Source of the DNA: Spirogloea muscicola
Lineage: Eukaryota
Length of the DNA: 36,882 bases
Reading direction: 5' to 3'
Assembly: GCA_009602725.1 (NCBI GenBank)
Contig: WELB01000030.1
Location: 465,674-502,555, forward strand
Within the stretch, counting starts at the first letter, position 1, and every line of letters begins with the position of its first letter. A model generated the notes under the pieces. The model made no database searches. It was not told where the DNA came from and saw only the letters and a program-made list of their open reading frames with translations. Of this stretch, positions 21,641-33,911 are shown in pieces. The translations under genes and the position numbers were made by a program.

Positions 21641-23702
21641 GCGTTTCCCCCCTCTTAAAGAAACCCTTCACCTTCACCTCTCTTACCACAAGCCATCTCC
21701 CTCTACTTGAAGAGTCTACTTTCTCTTGATCACCATCCTCCTTTGAAGGTGCTTTGTCTTCGCGACCATCCTTTGTGGTACTTGCATAGCTATGTAATTT
21801 AATGCTCTCCGGCCTTTAAATCTTGTCCAGTCCTTTCGGGCTGCCCTACCATAACCCTCGCCCTTTGGACGAGCTTACTCCTCTTCGCATCAAGGGCCTC
21901 GGATCCGAATCCAACAATTGTGGGAGCGGCTTGTCATCCGGTGGAGCTGCTTGTTGCCCGTACGAGCTAGGCTTGAGTGTTTGCAGGCACCACTGTACCT
22001 TGGCTCTATTAACCACCCTCATCTGTGCTGCTGAGACATCGCTACTGGCGCTGCTGTCTCGAAGATGGCAAGGCATGCACGCTAAACGCACTTCGGCCCA
22101 GGGCTGTCACTCACAGGTTTATCTCTTCTGGTCACCCTTTCTACGATCTCCTGCCGGTACGGCTCGAGGCATTAGGGAGGTCGTCCCGTTGAAATCTCCA
22201 TGAGCATGATCTATGCGCCATTGCCTCTTGGTTGAACACCCCCATATGATGCTCTCACATGATTAACGAGGTATCGTTCAAGACGGTCTTCGCTTGTCTC
22301 TCAGGTCCTGTGACTTGTGATCCTCTCAAGAGGCACCTTCACGTCTGCTTTCGCATATTTGTTGTACTGACATATTGATTGTGCTAATCGCTTTCATTTA
22401 GCTTACAGTTGTGGCAGCACCCTTGATCAAGTGGTTGGCAATGTGCAGGGAAGATGTGCTTGGTGTCTTAATAGAGAGTGTCTTGATGTGGCTTGATGTC
22501 AATGTGTCTAGATGGCACGTCCTTCTGCATGTCAGTGTAAGTAACCGTGGCTTGAAAAGGTCCCTTGGTGCAAGATGAGAGTTATTGCAGTGGCAAGAAG
22601 AGCAGGGGAGTTATCTGCACACAGGCCGTGGTAAGGAGTTTTCTGATACAGGTTGAAGGCTGAAGACTGTACCTTCACAAGCTGATTACGCGAAAGTGAC
22701 ATACCAAGCCTCCCTCAAATGGCCCACAGCACGACATTAAGCTGACCCAAAGCGTTGGTTTACCATCACCAAAGATTGATTGTTGTCATGCCCGGGCGCG
22801 TAGCGTCGTCGTAGCGTCGGCTAGAGGGCGAGCAGGGCTAACCGTGGTCGGATATCTCAGGTAGGAAGGTGGTATAGGGAACCTCAGCGGGGGTAACCCA
22901 TGGGGTGACTCGCTGGGTAGGGTGCAACCCGGGTGGTGGGAGTGAGGCCATGCAGGGCAGGCTGCTGCTAGTCAGGCCGAGTCCTGGTCTGTAGGTGGAC
23001 CTTCAGGTGTGGCACTTCGACGCGGATAGTGCGCTATACGGGCAGGCACGACATTGTTGCCTCCAATTTCAGCCCTTTCAACACGCTCAAGATGGTGATG
23101 CGAATTAGCAACAGTCACGAATAAACAGTAACATGACATAGCATAACATGACTGAAATGATAAGCAGTGGAAGCGAGTAAGCTCATTCGTGCAAGAAACG
23201 TGGCGCAATGAGGTCTTCTTTCTTGGCTACCTCAATCAAGTATAGTACTATGTCTTAATGACAGGAGGCATGCATGCAAGCTATGCATGTCAATGATCAG
23301 AACAAGGACATGGATGGAGCTCGGTCCTTCCTTCGGCTGCAAAACAGGTGGTGTCCGGTCCAGGATCTGAGGTGCTCTGACCGCACTTCTCAGTGGAAGA
23401 GAAGCAGACACAGCCGCATTTGATGCAGCCGTCATTGAAGTGGTAAGTGAATTTGCAATCTGCACCAGAAGCTCGCGCTCATGTGGATGTTTTGCAGACA
23501 CTGCTAAAAATTGGAGGCCGGATCCATCAAATATAAATACATAGAATATCTGCACCTTCAGTCTGCAACAACAGTAAGCTCAAGCAGCAGCCAAGGAACA
23601 TGGCTGGTTAAAGAGAAGGTGCCACAATGGCCTACAATCATCACAACAATTACTACCACCGATTGATAGGACCACCAGAAGGAAGCACGGTAGTACTCCA
23701 TG

Positions 23703-23785
23703 AAGAAGAAGTGGCACTCCCAATGGGGGCAAGGGCTGCGAAAAGCCAGCCCGAAAAGAATTGACAAAGGTTTGGAGGGGCCGAA
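23703..23785 (-). mobile_element. ~83-bp 5'-truncated copy (C) of the short retro-insertion
   Basis: Nearly identical to the 3' half of copies A and B; tail (CTT)3; flanking TCCATG at 23697-23702 and 23786-23791. Confidence 0.8.
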
Positions 23786-23807
23786 TCCATGCAGCCATCT
23801 GCTCCCG

Positions 23808-23890
23808 TGTCTGTCTGTCTCTCTGTCTCTATTTCTGTCTCTGTCTATCTCTCGCTCGCTCGCTCGCTCGCTCGCTCGCTCGCTCTCGCG

Positions 23891-23949
<59 letters not shown>
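23808..23949. repeat. Compound microsatellite (TCTG)n-(TCGC)n-(TC)n
   Basis: Directly visible; ends at a single N. Confidence 0.95.
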
Positions 23950-24219
23950 NATCCACTACCTCGGCTCCCCTTTCCCTTCTCCGCTTCTCTTCCTCCCTCT
24001 CGCCACCGCAAGACTTCCAGCAGCCGGCAACCCGCACGGCTAATTAGCCTCAAACTCCCTCGCAGAGGGCCAGGGAGGGCCACTAGAGAGAGCCGCAAAT
24101 GCGGATTGCCACTTGACGGCCGGCCTGACGTCCGCTCCAGGCCGCGCGCTCACCCTCCAAGCTGGACTTTGAGGCCGCACTCATTCTCTTGCTGGCCTGC
24201 CGACCACATCCTCGGAGCC

Positions 24220-24688
24220 ATGACGGACTTCTGGGTGTCGCTGCCCATCTTGGTGCTCCTCGCGCCGTTCCTCGCCATCCTGGGTGGCTGCTTCACGCTG
24301 GCCCAGTTCAGCTACGCCTTCTCGGCTCTAGCCCGTCAGGCCAGCCGCCCCGCCTCCAACAGCATCGCCAAGCTGCTCCGACCCTTCCTCAAGTCGTGGG
24401 TAAGCACCACGCCAGCTCCGCCGCTTCCGTTGCCTGCTCACATTGCTGTCGTTCAAGGCGTCCGCGGTTGGCAAGCTCTGTTGTTGTCCCCCACTAACAG
24501 AGGACCCCCCTCTCTGCACCCTCCAGGTCCGGCATCTCACGGCGATGCTGGGCGATGCTGACAAATTCCTTACCAAGGTCGGGCTCACGCATGTCCTCCT
24601 GTGTGCTATTCTCCTGGTGCTTATTGTCTCGCTCGAGCGCCTGCATGGGCAACTCGCCCGCCCGCCAGGGCCTGGCGGGCGAAGGTGA
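24220..24688 (+). CDS. Unknown small membrane protein (~113 aa, two hydrophobic segments)
   Basis: GCC-ATG start, GC-rich third codon positions, intron 24400-24526 (GTAAG...CTAAC...CAG) joins 24220-24399 in frame to 24527-24688. Confidence 0.7.
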
Positions 24689-25743
24689 CGCTGCAGAGCC
24701 CAGAAGCATGAAGTAGTGCAGTCCTCCGTGTCACGCTTACTGCCCACACAAGGTGATAGCCAAATGAGAGCTCCCGCTTGGTGATGCTGGTGTGTGAGTG
24801 CTCACATCGGCAGTTGTTCAGCTGTAGCATGTCCTTGGCCGCTTGACTGTCCTCAGTCGCAACATGCAATGAGCTGTCCTACTGCTTGAGCTGTCGTGCT
24901 GACTGTCCCAGCAACTAGCGGGCATGCCGAGTTGCTGCTTGCAATCACCAGTGCTGTCATTGCACCCAAGTGAGGGCTCTCAGACGTAGTTATCAACCTC
25001 CGTCCTGCACTGATACCTCAGCCCAGGTCCTGTTGCCTCGTGGCAAAGCCGAGCATACTATATAGTAGCACAGGTCGTGCCGCCCTGTTCCAGCTGGATC
25101 TCACCAAGTTAGGCCCTCATTGTGGTCAATTCAAAGCAGAGACAGGTGGCTCATCTTTGCAGTCGACAATGGCAAGAGAGGAAGACAACAGGCTCTGCCC
25201 ACTCATGCTCCAGCTCCAGCTCCAGCTCGTGTGAGCGCATGGTATCCAAGCTGACACAGCCAGAGCCCTGAAGGCGGCAATAATGCATTGCGCTGCAAAG
25301 TTCCTACCACTATGTACAATGTGCCCGGCAGCTGCACCAGCATAAGTACCTGCAGCCTGCGCAGACAGCAGCGGCAAACCTCGGCAAACGACCTTTCACT
25401 CCTCCTCTGAGAACCAGCGTACAGAGCTCCGGAACCTAGCTGAAGTTGCAGTGTAAAGCCAGGGTGAGTGCATGCAGATGAGCCCCTTCCATTGGTGGAC
25501 TTCAATTGCTAGGCAAGACCAGGGCCACATGCTGCTGCCATTCCATTTGCTCCGCTGCCCCGCCTCAAGGTCGCATGATGCCCGTCTTCCCCATCAGGCA
25601 CATCACTGTATGTCACTGCTCCTCCAAGTGGCGTAACCCCTCCCTGTCAACGCTTAGACCCCTCCCAGTCGCAAAGTTGTAATGATCTGGGCAACCATGC
25701 ATGCCAGCCCAAGCTAGCCAGTACCCAGTGGCTGCATTGCATC

Positions 25744-28178
25744 TCAGCCCCGCGTGTTGACGGCCTTGGCCTCCGCTTCCAGGCTGTAGGCAGCCCGCCG
25801 GCCCCAGCGGTCCTCCAAGGGCGCATGCGCGGCCAAGGCGCCGACCTGGCTTGACTCTTCGCTGCTGCGGCAGCGGGCAACAGCAGGCTGCGGCAGGCCT
25901 CCCTGTGATGCCGCATGGTGTGAAGGGATGGCCGAGGGCGGAGGCGCCTCAATGAGGCGGGAGAATGGCGCCTCCCTTGTGCTTGTCACAACCTTGTACA
26001 CCGGTGGCGAAGTGAAACCCAGCTTGCCGGTGGCGGTGGCGGTCATGCCCACTGCTGCAGAGGCGCCCATGGGCGCTGCTGCTGCCAGGAGCAGTGACCT
26101 GCTGCGTGCAGAATCCACCGATGTGGAGCTCTTGAACGAGGCGGAGCGAGAGAACGCCGAGGCCAGCTCCAGCGCCGACGACAGACCGGCAGCTACACGA
26201 GGCGAGCCGCCTCCTGCCGCACTTTCGGACATCGCCGCCAGCTTGCCCGCTGCTGGAGCAGAGCCTCCCATTGACGTGCCCAGCGGTGATGGCCCAGCAG
26301 TCCGACGCCACGACTCGCGCTCCAGTGGCTGCTGCTGGTGATCATGGTGGGAAGGCCAGCTTGCCTGGCGCTCCAAATGCGCCTTTGACAAGGCTGCTGC
26401 CGGTGGCGACATCAGCGCAGACTGCGGCGACCTGAGGAGGGCAGCCATCGCTGCCTCCACTGTCAAAGTGCTGTAACACGAGCTTCCGAAGGCAACTCGA
26501 TGAGTCCTGACAGCACCCAGCAGCAGGTCTTGTCCAGATTATGCATGTCACGACCTTGACACTTGGTGCTCAGCCCTGAAACATTGCACTGTACCTTGCT
26601 GAAAGCGGAGAATCGTCGATGCCCTTTATGACTGCTTCATCAGCGCCGCGGTGCTTGAGGATCTGGACAAAATATTGGGGGAGTGCGCCTCGTCAAAGTT
26701 CTCGAATACAGTACAACTTACTAGCAGCATTCTACGACATCACTTTTAAGTGACATCACCAATCTCCTCACCGTGCAAAACTCTAAGATATCTGCACGTG
26801 AGCAGTAGCACGTCTGAAATTTACACGCTTAAATTGCTGCTGCATGGGGGAGGTAGCTAAGCTCTCACCAACTCGCGAGGCCGTGCTCCTCCAAACACTG
26901 ACGATCTGCACGGGCATTTTGCAGGAGCATTCAGCAAAAGTCCACCAATGAGCGAGTGCAATTAGAGCAGAACAATGCTTGTCTCAATGCAAAGCTTCTG
27001 CCTATCGATGGCACGCTCATATTCAGATTCACATCCAGGCAAGTCACTAGAGGCACATAATAGCCCTGCCATTGCTAGCCCTGCAAGCACCTGAGCTTCT
27101 CCGACCCGTCTTCCTTGGCGTACAGCGCCGCCTCCACGGGCTGCGTGCGCGGCTTCAGGTGCAATTTCGGACGCTGCTGCAGCCGCTGCTGCTCCTCCTC
27201 CACGCCGCGCTCGGCGCTGGGCTGCTCGCCCGTGGCGGCGTTGCAAGCCTGCTCGGCACCGACACTGGGCTGCCACGAGGCCAGGCCCTCCGCAGCCTGC
27301 GGAGAGGCCCACAAGAGGTGCAGGGCCGAGCGCTCTGTGGCCATGGCCGGCGCAGCCTGCCTGTGGTCCTCCATGGCCGGCGCCGCTGCCGAGCGGAACA
27401 GCGCGCTGTGCTTGCCGGGCGTGCTCAGGAGCGCCGAAGTGGGGCTGCCTGCCGAGGCGACGACGGCGGGGCCGACCACGAGCCGGCTGTGCACGATGCT
27501 TGCGGCGAGCGGCGGCACGCTGCTGGCCAAGGGGTCCCACCTGCCTGACACGGGCCGGCCGGAGGCGCGGCCGTCGGCGGCCCTGGCGTCTGGCTCTGGG
27601 CCGGCGAGCCCTCTCCACTGCTCGGCTCTCACGTTGGGCAGCGCCGTCTTGTCGACCACGTCCACCGCTGCCTTCGCAGCGCTTGTGTCAGTGCCGCTGC
27701 GGCTCTGGATGTGCAGCTGGGAGCTGCCCCGAGAGGCCAGGGCGCTGAAGCGCGGCTGCTGCTGTTGCTGCTGCTGCAGCAGCTGAGGCAGCTTCTCCTT
27801 CGTCGGCGGTGGCTGCAGGGCAGTGCCGGCCCCGGCAGCCCAGGTCCAGGCCTGCGGCTGGTTGGGCTCTGGCGGCCGAGCAGGCGCCTGGGCAGGGGAC
27901 CGCAGCGCCGTGGCAGCCACGGGTACAGCGGGATCTGGATACGGCTGCGCAAGCAGCGGCGGCGGGAGCGGCGGCGGCGGCGGCGGGGGCGGCGGAGCGC
28001 CAAGCGCGAGGGGGGTGCCGACGGGGATGAGCCCGAACTCGTCGTGGAGGAAGCCGTCGGGGCCGTCGTAGTCATGGCCATAGCCATAGCCCGGGGGGCC
28101 CCGCGGCTCGTCCAGGTAGCCGCCGTCGTCGCCCCAGCCCCCGCCGCCCGGGGCACCGCGGCCGCCGCTGCCGCCGCC
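25744..28178 (-). CDS. Plant low-complexity protein with eIF4B-like motifs (5' end lost in the N gap)
   Basis: Exons <28178-27106, 26905-26869, 26662-26595, 26470-25744 give RPKLHLKPRTQPVE...GSSVFGGARPRELILKHRG...ESWRR...SALELASAFSRS...PFSRL. Confidence 0.8.
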
Positions 28179-28965
28179 NNNNNNNNNNNNNNNNNNNNNN
28201 NNNNNNNNNNNNNNNNNNNNNNNNNNNNNNNNNNNNNNNNNNNNNNNNNNNNNNNNNNNNNNNNNNNNNNNNNNNNNNNNNNNNNNNNNNNNNNNNNNNN
28301 NNNNNNNNNNNNNNNNNNNNNNNNNNNNNNNNNNNNNNNNNNNNNNNNNNNNNNNNNNNNNNNNNNNNNNNNNNNNNNNNNNNNNNNNNNNNNNNNNNNN
28401 NNNNNNNNNNNNNNNNNNNNNNNNNNNNNNNNNNNNNNNNNNNNNNNNNNNNNNNNNNNNNNNNNNNNNNNNNNNNNNNNNNNNNNNNNNNNNNNNNNNN
28501 NNNNNNNNNNNNNNNNNNNNNNNNNNNNNNNNNNNNNNNNNNNNNNNNNNNNNNNNNNNNNNNNNNNNNNNNNNNNNNNNNNNNNNNNNNNNNNNNNNNN
28601 NNNNNNNNNNNNNNNNNNNNNNNNNNNNNNNNNNNNNNNNNNNNNNNNNNNNNNNNNNNNNNNNNNNNNNNNNNNNNNNNNNNNNNNNNNNNNNNNNNNN
28701 NNNNNNNNNNNNNNNNNNNNNNNNNNNNNNNNNNNNNNNNNNNNNNNNNNNNNNNNNNNNNNNNNNNNNNNNNNNNNNNNNNNNNNNNNNNNNNNNNNNN
28801 NNNNNNNNNNNNNNNNNNNNNNNNNNNNNNNNNNNNNNNNNNNNNNNNNNNNNNNNNNNNNNNNNNNNNNNNNNNNNNNNNNNNNNNNNNNNNNNNNNNN
28901 NNNNNNNNNNNNNNNNNNNNNNNNNNNNNNNNNNNNNNNNNNNNNNNNNNNNNNNNNNNNNNNNN
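28179..28965. other. Assembly gap covering the starts of two divergent genes
   Basis: N run flanked by GCC-rich coding sequence on both sides. Confidence 0.95.
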
Positions 28966-31900
28966 GGCCTTCCCCGCGGCGGCCTCCCGCGCCGCCGCCG
29001 CGGGCGGCGGGACCGCCGTCGTGGAGTTCGACCCCGAGGACTTCTCCGTGGAGCGCCTCATCGGCACCTACGGCTTCATGAGCGTCTCCAGGTCCCGCCC
29101 GCCGTCGCCGCCGTCGTGCTCCGCCGCCGCCGCCCTCTAGGACTCCATCGAGCCGGCGGCGCAGCTGACGACCGCCGCTGCCGTGCCTCGTCGTCGTCGT
29201 CTTCGTGCGGTGCCTCCAGCTACGCTCCGCCGCCGACGGCCGGCGGCAGGGCGGCGGGCGTGGACGACAACGCGGCGGCGGGCTACGGCCTACGGGAGCT
29301 GAGCCAGATGGCGGGGCAGGAGGTCGGCCAGGGCGGCATCCAGACCAGGTGACGCCGAGGCCGGGGCCTCCGGGCGCCATGGCTGCCGGCGAGCCCCCCG
29401 CCTTCCTTCGCCGCATTCCTGACTCGAGGAGGCAGGGTTCAGATCCTGTAGAATGCGTCGCACTGAAGGATTAGGCGGCAGCCTCGGCCCTCATCGAGCC
29501 TCGGGCGCGCGCCGCCCTGCAGGCTCTACAAGGGACGCATCGCCCGCGGCCCGCGCATGGGCACGCGGGTCCTCATGAAGGTGAACTCGTGAACCCAATA
29601 TTAACAATGCTACTTTCTGCTGCTCCTGTTGGACAGCCTGCTCCGAGGTGGCCAATATTGGCAATGATTATGACGCAGTGATAAAAAGATGGCATGAGAG
29701 GAGAAGAGTGGCAAATGCATTAGTAGTAGCAACCACATATAAAATGTCAACCAATCAATCATCAAATGTTTAATACAGCAATAAGCAGAGATTGTGTACC
29801 CTCCATAGTTCCACATGGTCTACCTCAGTGGTTCCACAAGATAGAACAATCTTGTCGGCTGACCGGCAGCGCAAGCCGGTGGGCGCCTCTAGGTATATCC
29901 CGGGCGCCTCAGGGGGGGCCTGCTGGCCGACAGCATGGCAGCCAACGAGCTGGCGGCGCACTCGGCTCTGCAAGGCGCCGCGGACGACCCCTCCAACATC
30001 GTGGTGCTGCTGGGGGGCTTCCAGACGCAGACTACTGGCGAGCAGGTCAGCTCCCCTCTGCTCCTGGCTGCGTGGTGATGCTGTGCTGCTTGCCTGCAGT
30101 ACCAAGTTCACCTTCTTAGACCTCTCAGACAAGGTACTGGCATACATCAGTGAGAGACGACCAGTGGCTGTGTTCTAGTTGCTGATTTCTCTTCAGAGCT
30201 GACACGGCACGAGCTCGCTTGTCGGGCAGTGGCTCGTATTCAGGGATAATGGCACCTACTCCACCGCTGACTATGCCAAGCGCGCTGCGGCGGCCATGGA
30301 TGAGGGCGCGTCGGTTGGTGAGGGAGAGTTCTGGGATCGCTGGGACAAGGCTCGCCCGGTCGCCCGGCGGCGCGTCTTTGTTGTGAAGCTCCTGCGCGGC
30401 CTCATGTCAGGCCTCGCCCAACTGCACGCCTTGGGCCGCCTCCACCAAAGCCTCGGCCCTGCCTCCGTTGTGCTCAAGTGCGTGCTACCTGCTGTTTGTA
30501 CAACCAGCACTGCTTGGGAGATGCTGCAGGCTGGCTAAAGCCGAAGCGTAGGGTTCACATATAAGAGTCTAGAAAGAGTATGCAGAATCTTCTGCTTGTC
30601 CCCTCTCGCCTCGCACGGCTGCTAATGCGTGCTTGTATGTATTGAAGTTCTCTGTGCGGTCCACTGCATCTCAAATGCAGGGAGATGCATATGAAGTAGG
30701 AACTCTAGTCAATGTTGCCCAGGTGGTGATGATGTGCAGCCTGCTTGAGGAGCGCGACGTCCTATTTCTGCAGCCCCGATTGCGGGATCTGGCCTTTGCA
30801 GTTGATGTCAGGTTTGTCATGCACAGATGAAACACACCTTGAACAAGTAGCCAACTAGCATTCACTAGTGCAGGTACTCTGTAGCAGGCACAACCATTGT
30901 GAAGTTCAGGCAACAGCTGTCATAAGGAAGATGTGAGCCAAGTTGCAGATGTGCGGTACGCAGGTGTGCAATTCCTCTGTCAGCTTGCCAAGCTCACAGA
31001 AATCCATTGATGAAATAACACTTAGGCTATCAGTGTCAGGACCTTAGTTGTTGCTCACGGTAGCTGATGGTGTGCTGTTGCCGTGGCAGTGATGCAGCAG
31101 TCTTTGGAGGTCTTAATCCTAGCACCTCAATGAGCCGCCCTGCAGAGGGGTCGCCAGCAGATCTGGCGGACAGCCTGTGGCGGCGGGCCGCGTCTGCTGG
31201 CGCTGCCACGGCGCTGGACCGCAAGGCTTTTGGTGTTGCTGATGACATGTGAGCTCACGCCATTGCATCTGAAATATCTGGATCCACATAGTGTGAACTT
31301 GTGTCGCTCAATCATCTGCAACGCCAATTATCATTTTGGAAGCATCTGCAAACATATGTGCGCAAGTCAACAAGTCTTATTCTTACTAAACCAACCGTCT
31401 GCAAATACATTGCAGCAATCTCTCCTACTTCCTCTTCAGAGTTTTTCCGAACTGCATGACTTGGACAGGTGGTGCAGGCTTCAATACAAAGCACAGAAGG
31501 TCAATCAGGTCACTTCGTTTTGCCTAATGCAGGAGCTTTCTGTACAATGTTGTGCAGTTATGCAGCAGGCCTCCTATTTGCATACTGTGCATTCGCACCC
31601 TTCTGCAAAACGGGAAGCGTGGATGGGCCTTCGCTGCAGGTACCTGTTAATTGACTGTATACATAGCCAGCAACTGGAACAAACACTTGGTCTTGAAGTT
31701 TTTGTCAAAATTGTACTTTCTGTAGAGAAGTTGTCCTTACATACATATCAGGCTGAGCTGAACAACTCCGATTTTTTAACCTCTTGTTCATGCAGAGGTT
31801 GTTTGAAAGTACTTTCCGTTTGGATCTGCGAGCTGCCCAAGAGTAAGATATGCAGCACCCTAGATGACTTGAAACTATGAGGTACTTGACGGTCTGTCTG

Positions 31901-32400
31901 CTCCATGATGCGTCCCATGGAGTGTGTCTCACAGTCCGAAGTAAGGCTTCATCAAGCAACTCTCATTTCTGCTTTACGCAGATTGTCATTTACTGCGAGA
32001 TTGCTTTCTTATGTGTGACTGCGGACAGCCGTAAACACCTTCCTGATTCTACCATGCCTGGCTGGCAGATACTGTGCTGCAGATGACAGGTGGATTGAAG
32101 CCGTCAAGTTTTTGGATCTGGGTGGTGGAGCAGGCTGGGAACTTTTGCAGGTACAAAAGCAGCTGCTTTGTCTCCTCGGTCATGAATCACCTAATGAATT
32201 GGTACTCGCACTTACGTCTAGGAAGATGTGTGCTGTCTGCTTCAGGCCCAATTGAAGACGTCCACTATCGCTCAAGACTGCTCCCTGATCTCTGGCTCGC
32301 GTGCTTTGGCGTGCAGGCAATGCTGAATCCAGACTATCGGCAGCGCCCCACTGCTGAGGCCGTCTTGAGTCATCGTTTCTTGACTGGGAGCTTGCTGTAG
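28966..32400 (+). CDS. Protein kinase-like protein, probably plastid-targeted (STN7/STN8/PAP14-related fold; 5' end in the gap)
   Basis: GT-AG exons give RVLMKVYPG, MAANEL, LLGGF, WLVF, LAQLHALGRLHQSLGPASVVL, RLRDLAFAVD, DDIYAAGLL, FLDLGGGAGWELLQAMLNPDYRQRPTAEAVLSHRF. Confidence 0.85.
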
Positions 32401-33911
32401 CCAGGCCTCATTCCACCACACTTCGCGGCTAATTTGTGCTGCATTCTTTCATTCTTGTCAAATCCACTGAGCCGAACCGAGGTGACAAGCAGCTGCAAGA
32501 TAGGCATGCAAATTGACAGGCACATTCTGCATGCATAGGAAGGTCAGTTGAACGAGGTCCTTCCACCCAGAGGCAGAAGACTGCACTTGCTTGTCGTGAC
32601 CATACCTAAAAAGGTAGCAAGAATCTCACCATCTGCGTCCTCGTGTATATGTTGCAAGCTTCATCAGTTGGATAAATAGCTGGCAATGGGGAGAATGCCA
32701 GTTATCGACTACTAAGGATACCTCAATGTACAGTGATGCTGAATTTGCAGACTGCACTTCGAGCTGGCAAAGAAACATTGATTCTCACAGTGTTGTCGCA
32801 AGGTCATGCAGAGCTTATAGCGATATGATGTAGTAATATCTTCTGCGCAGCACCAGATAATGCTGTCATAAGGCAGACTCACTGCAGCAAATGAAGACCA
32901 GGCGCAGATAGCCCAGTGACTGCTTCTCAGAGTCATGTTCCATGAATGCGATGTATCGTACTGCTTTGTCACAAAGTGGGCCGTGGTGGCAGGCCGAAGC
33001 ACCTGCAAATCAATGAACTGGGCTACGACTTACACAGTGGCTAGGAGCAGAAATGCAGGCATAGTCTATGGACAGACTGTGCCTGCTTCTCTGCAGCTTG
33101 TAAGGGGAGTGTGCCTGTGCAGAGGCAGCTGGCCAACAACTTGTAGACACGCCAGGTAGCTCCTGAGAATGTCAGGCATGCAGGAGAATATCAGTACTTT
33201 TCTCGAGTCGAGAGACGCCGTTGTACAGAGAGAGGAAGCAAAATGGCCAAACGGCCTTCTCTCTTCACAATACAGCCGTGATGCCTCACATGAAATTCTG
33301 GTGCTCGTTGCGTTGCTTTCATTCCAGCTCACGAACTGCAAAATGTTCACCGAGGTGTCTAAGCCCACAACTCCCTTAGTCATTACTCGTTCAAGAGCTT
33401 CTTCAAGGTACTGCTAACAAGGATCGCAAAGCACATGAATAGCAAAGAGCGTGTGAAGACTAGATGTCCGAAGGGCGCCAGCAAAATATGCATGAAAAGA
33501 AGCAAGCACATGAAGGTATTATCTTGCTGCTGAAAAGCAGGAAAATTTAGTGTGGGCCGAAGAAGATCAAAGACAACCAAGACTGTTGAAACGTGACATC
33601 CTCTATCTGATCTAGCAAGCTCGATGACACAATCTGTTGGTCTCTTTTTGAAGCTTTCAGATTAAACAGAGAGAAGGACCAGATTGCCAAACTGTCTCAC
33701 TTGCCCAACAAGTAGCAGCAAGGGCTTTGGGACTTGGTCCATTGAACATTAAGTCAGCAATACTTGTCCTGGACTGTCTTGCTTGCATTGCCCAGCTGTT
33801 GCGACAGGTAGACGACGCAGTCAGACTCTCTTGTTTGACGGCAAGATCCTGGATACCAAAGCCTAGGTTAAATATTGCGACGTAAAGAATGTGTGGTGAA
33901 TGCACGCACTG

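Noticed and set aside
23558..24098. ER/SL dipeptide-repeat ORFs
   Set aside because: Translations of the (TC)n microsatellite
27629..29416. 456-595 aa ORFs spanning the second N gap
   Set aside because: Mostly X residues; the flanks belong to two divergent genes
31230..31880. 216-aa plus-strand ORF
   Set aside because: Runs through introns and off-frame exons of the kinase-like gene
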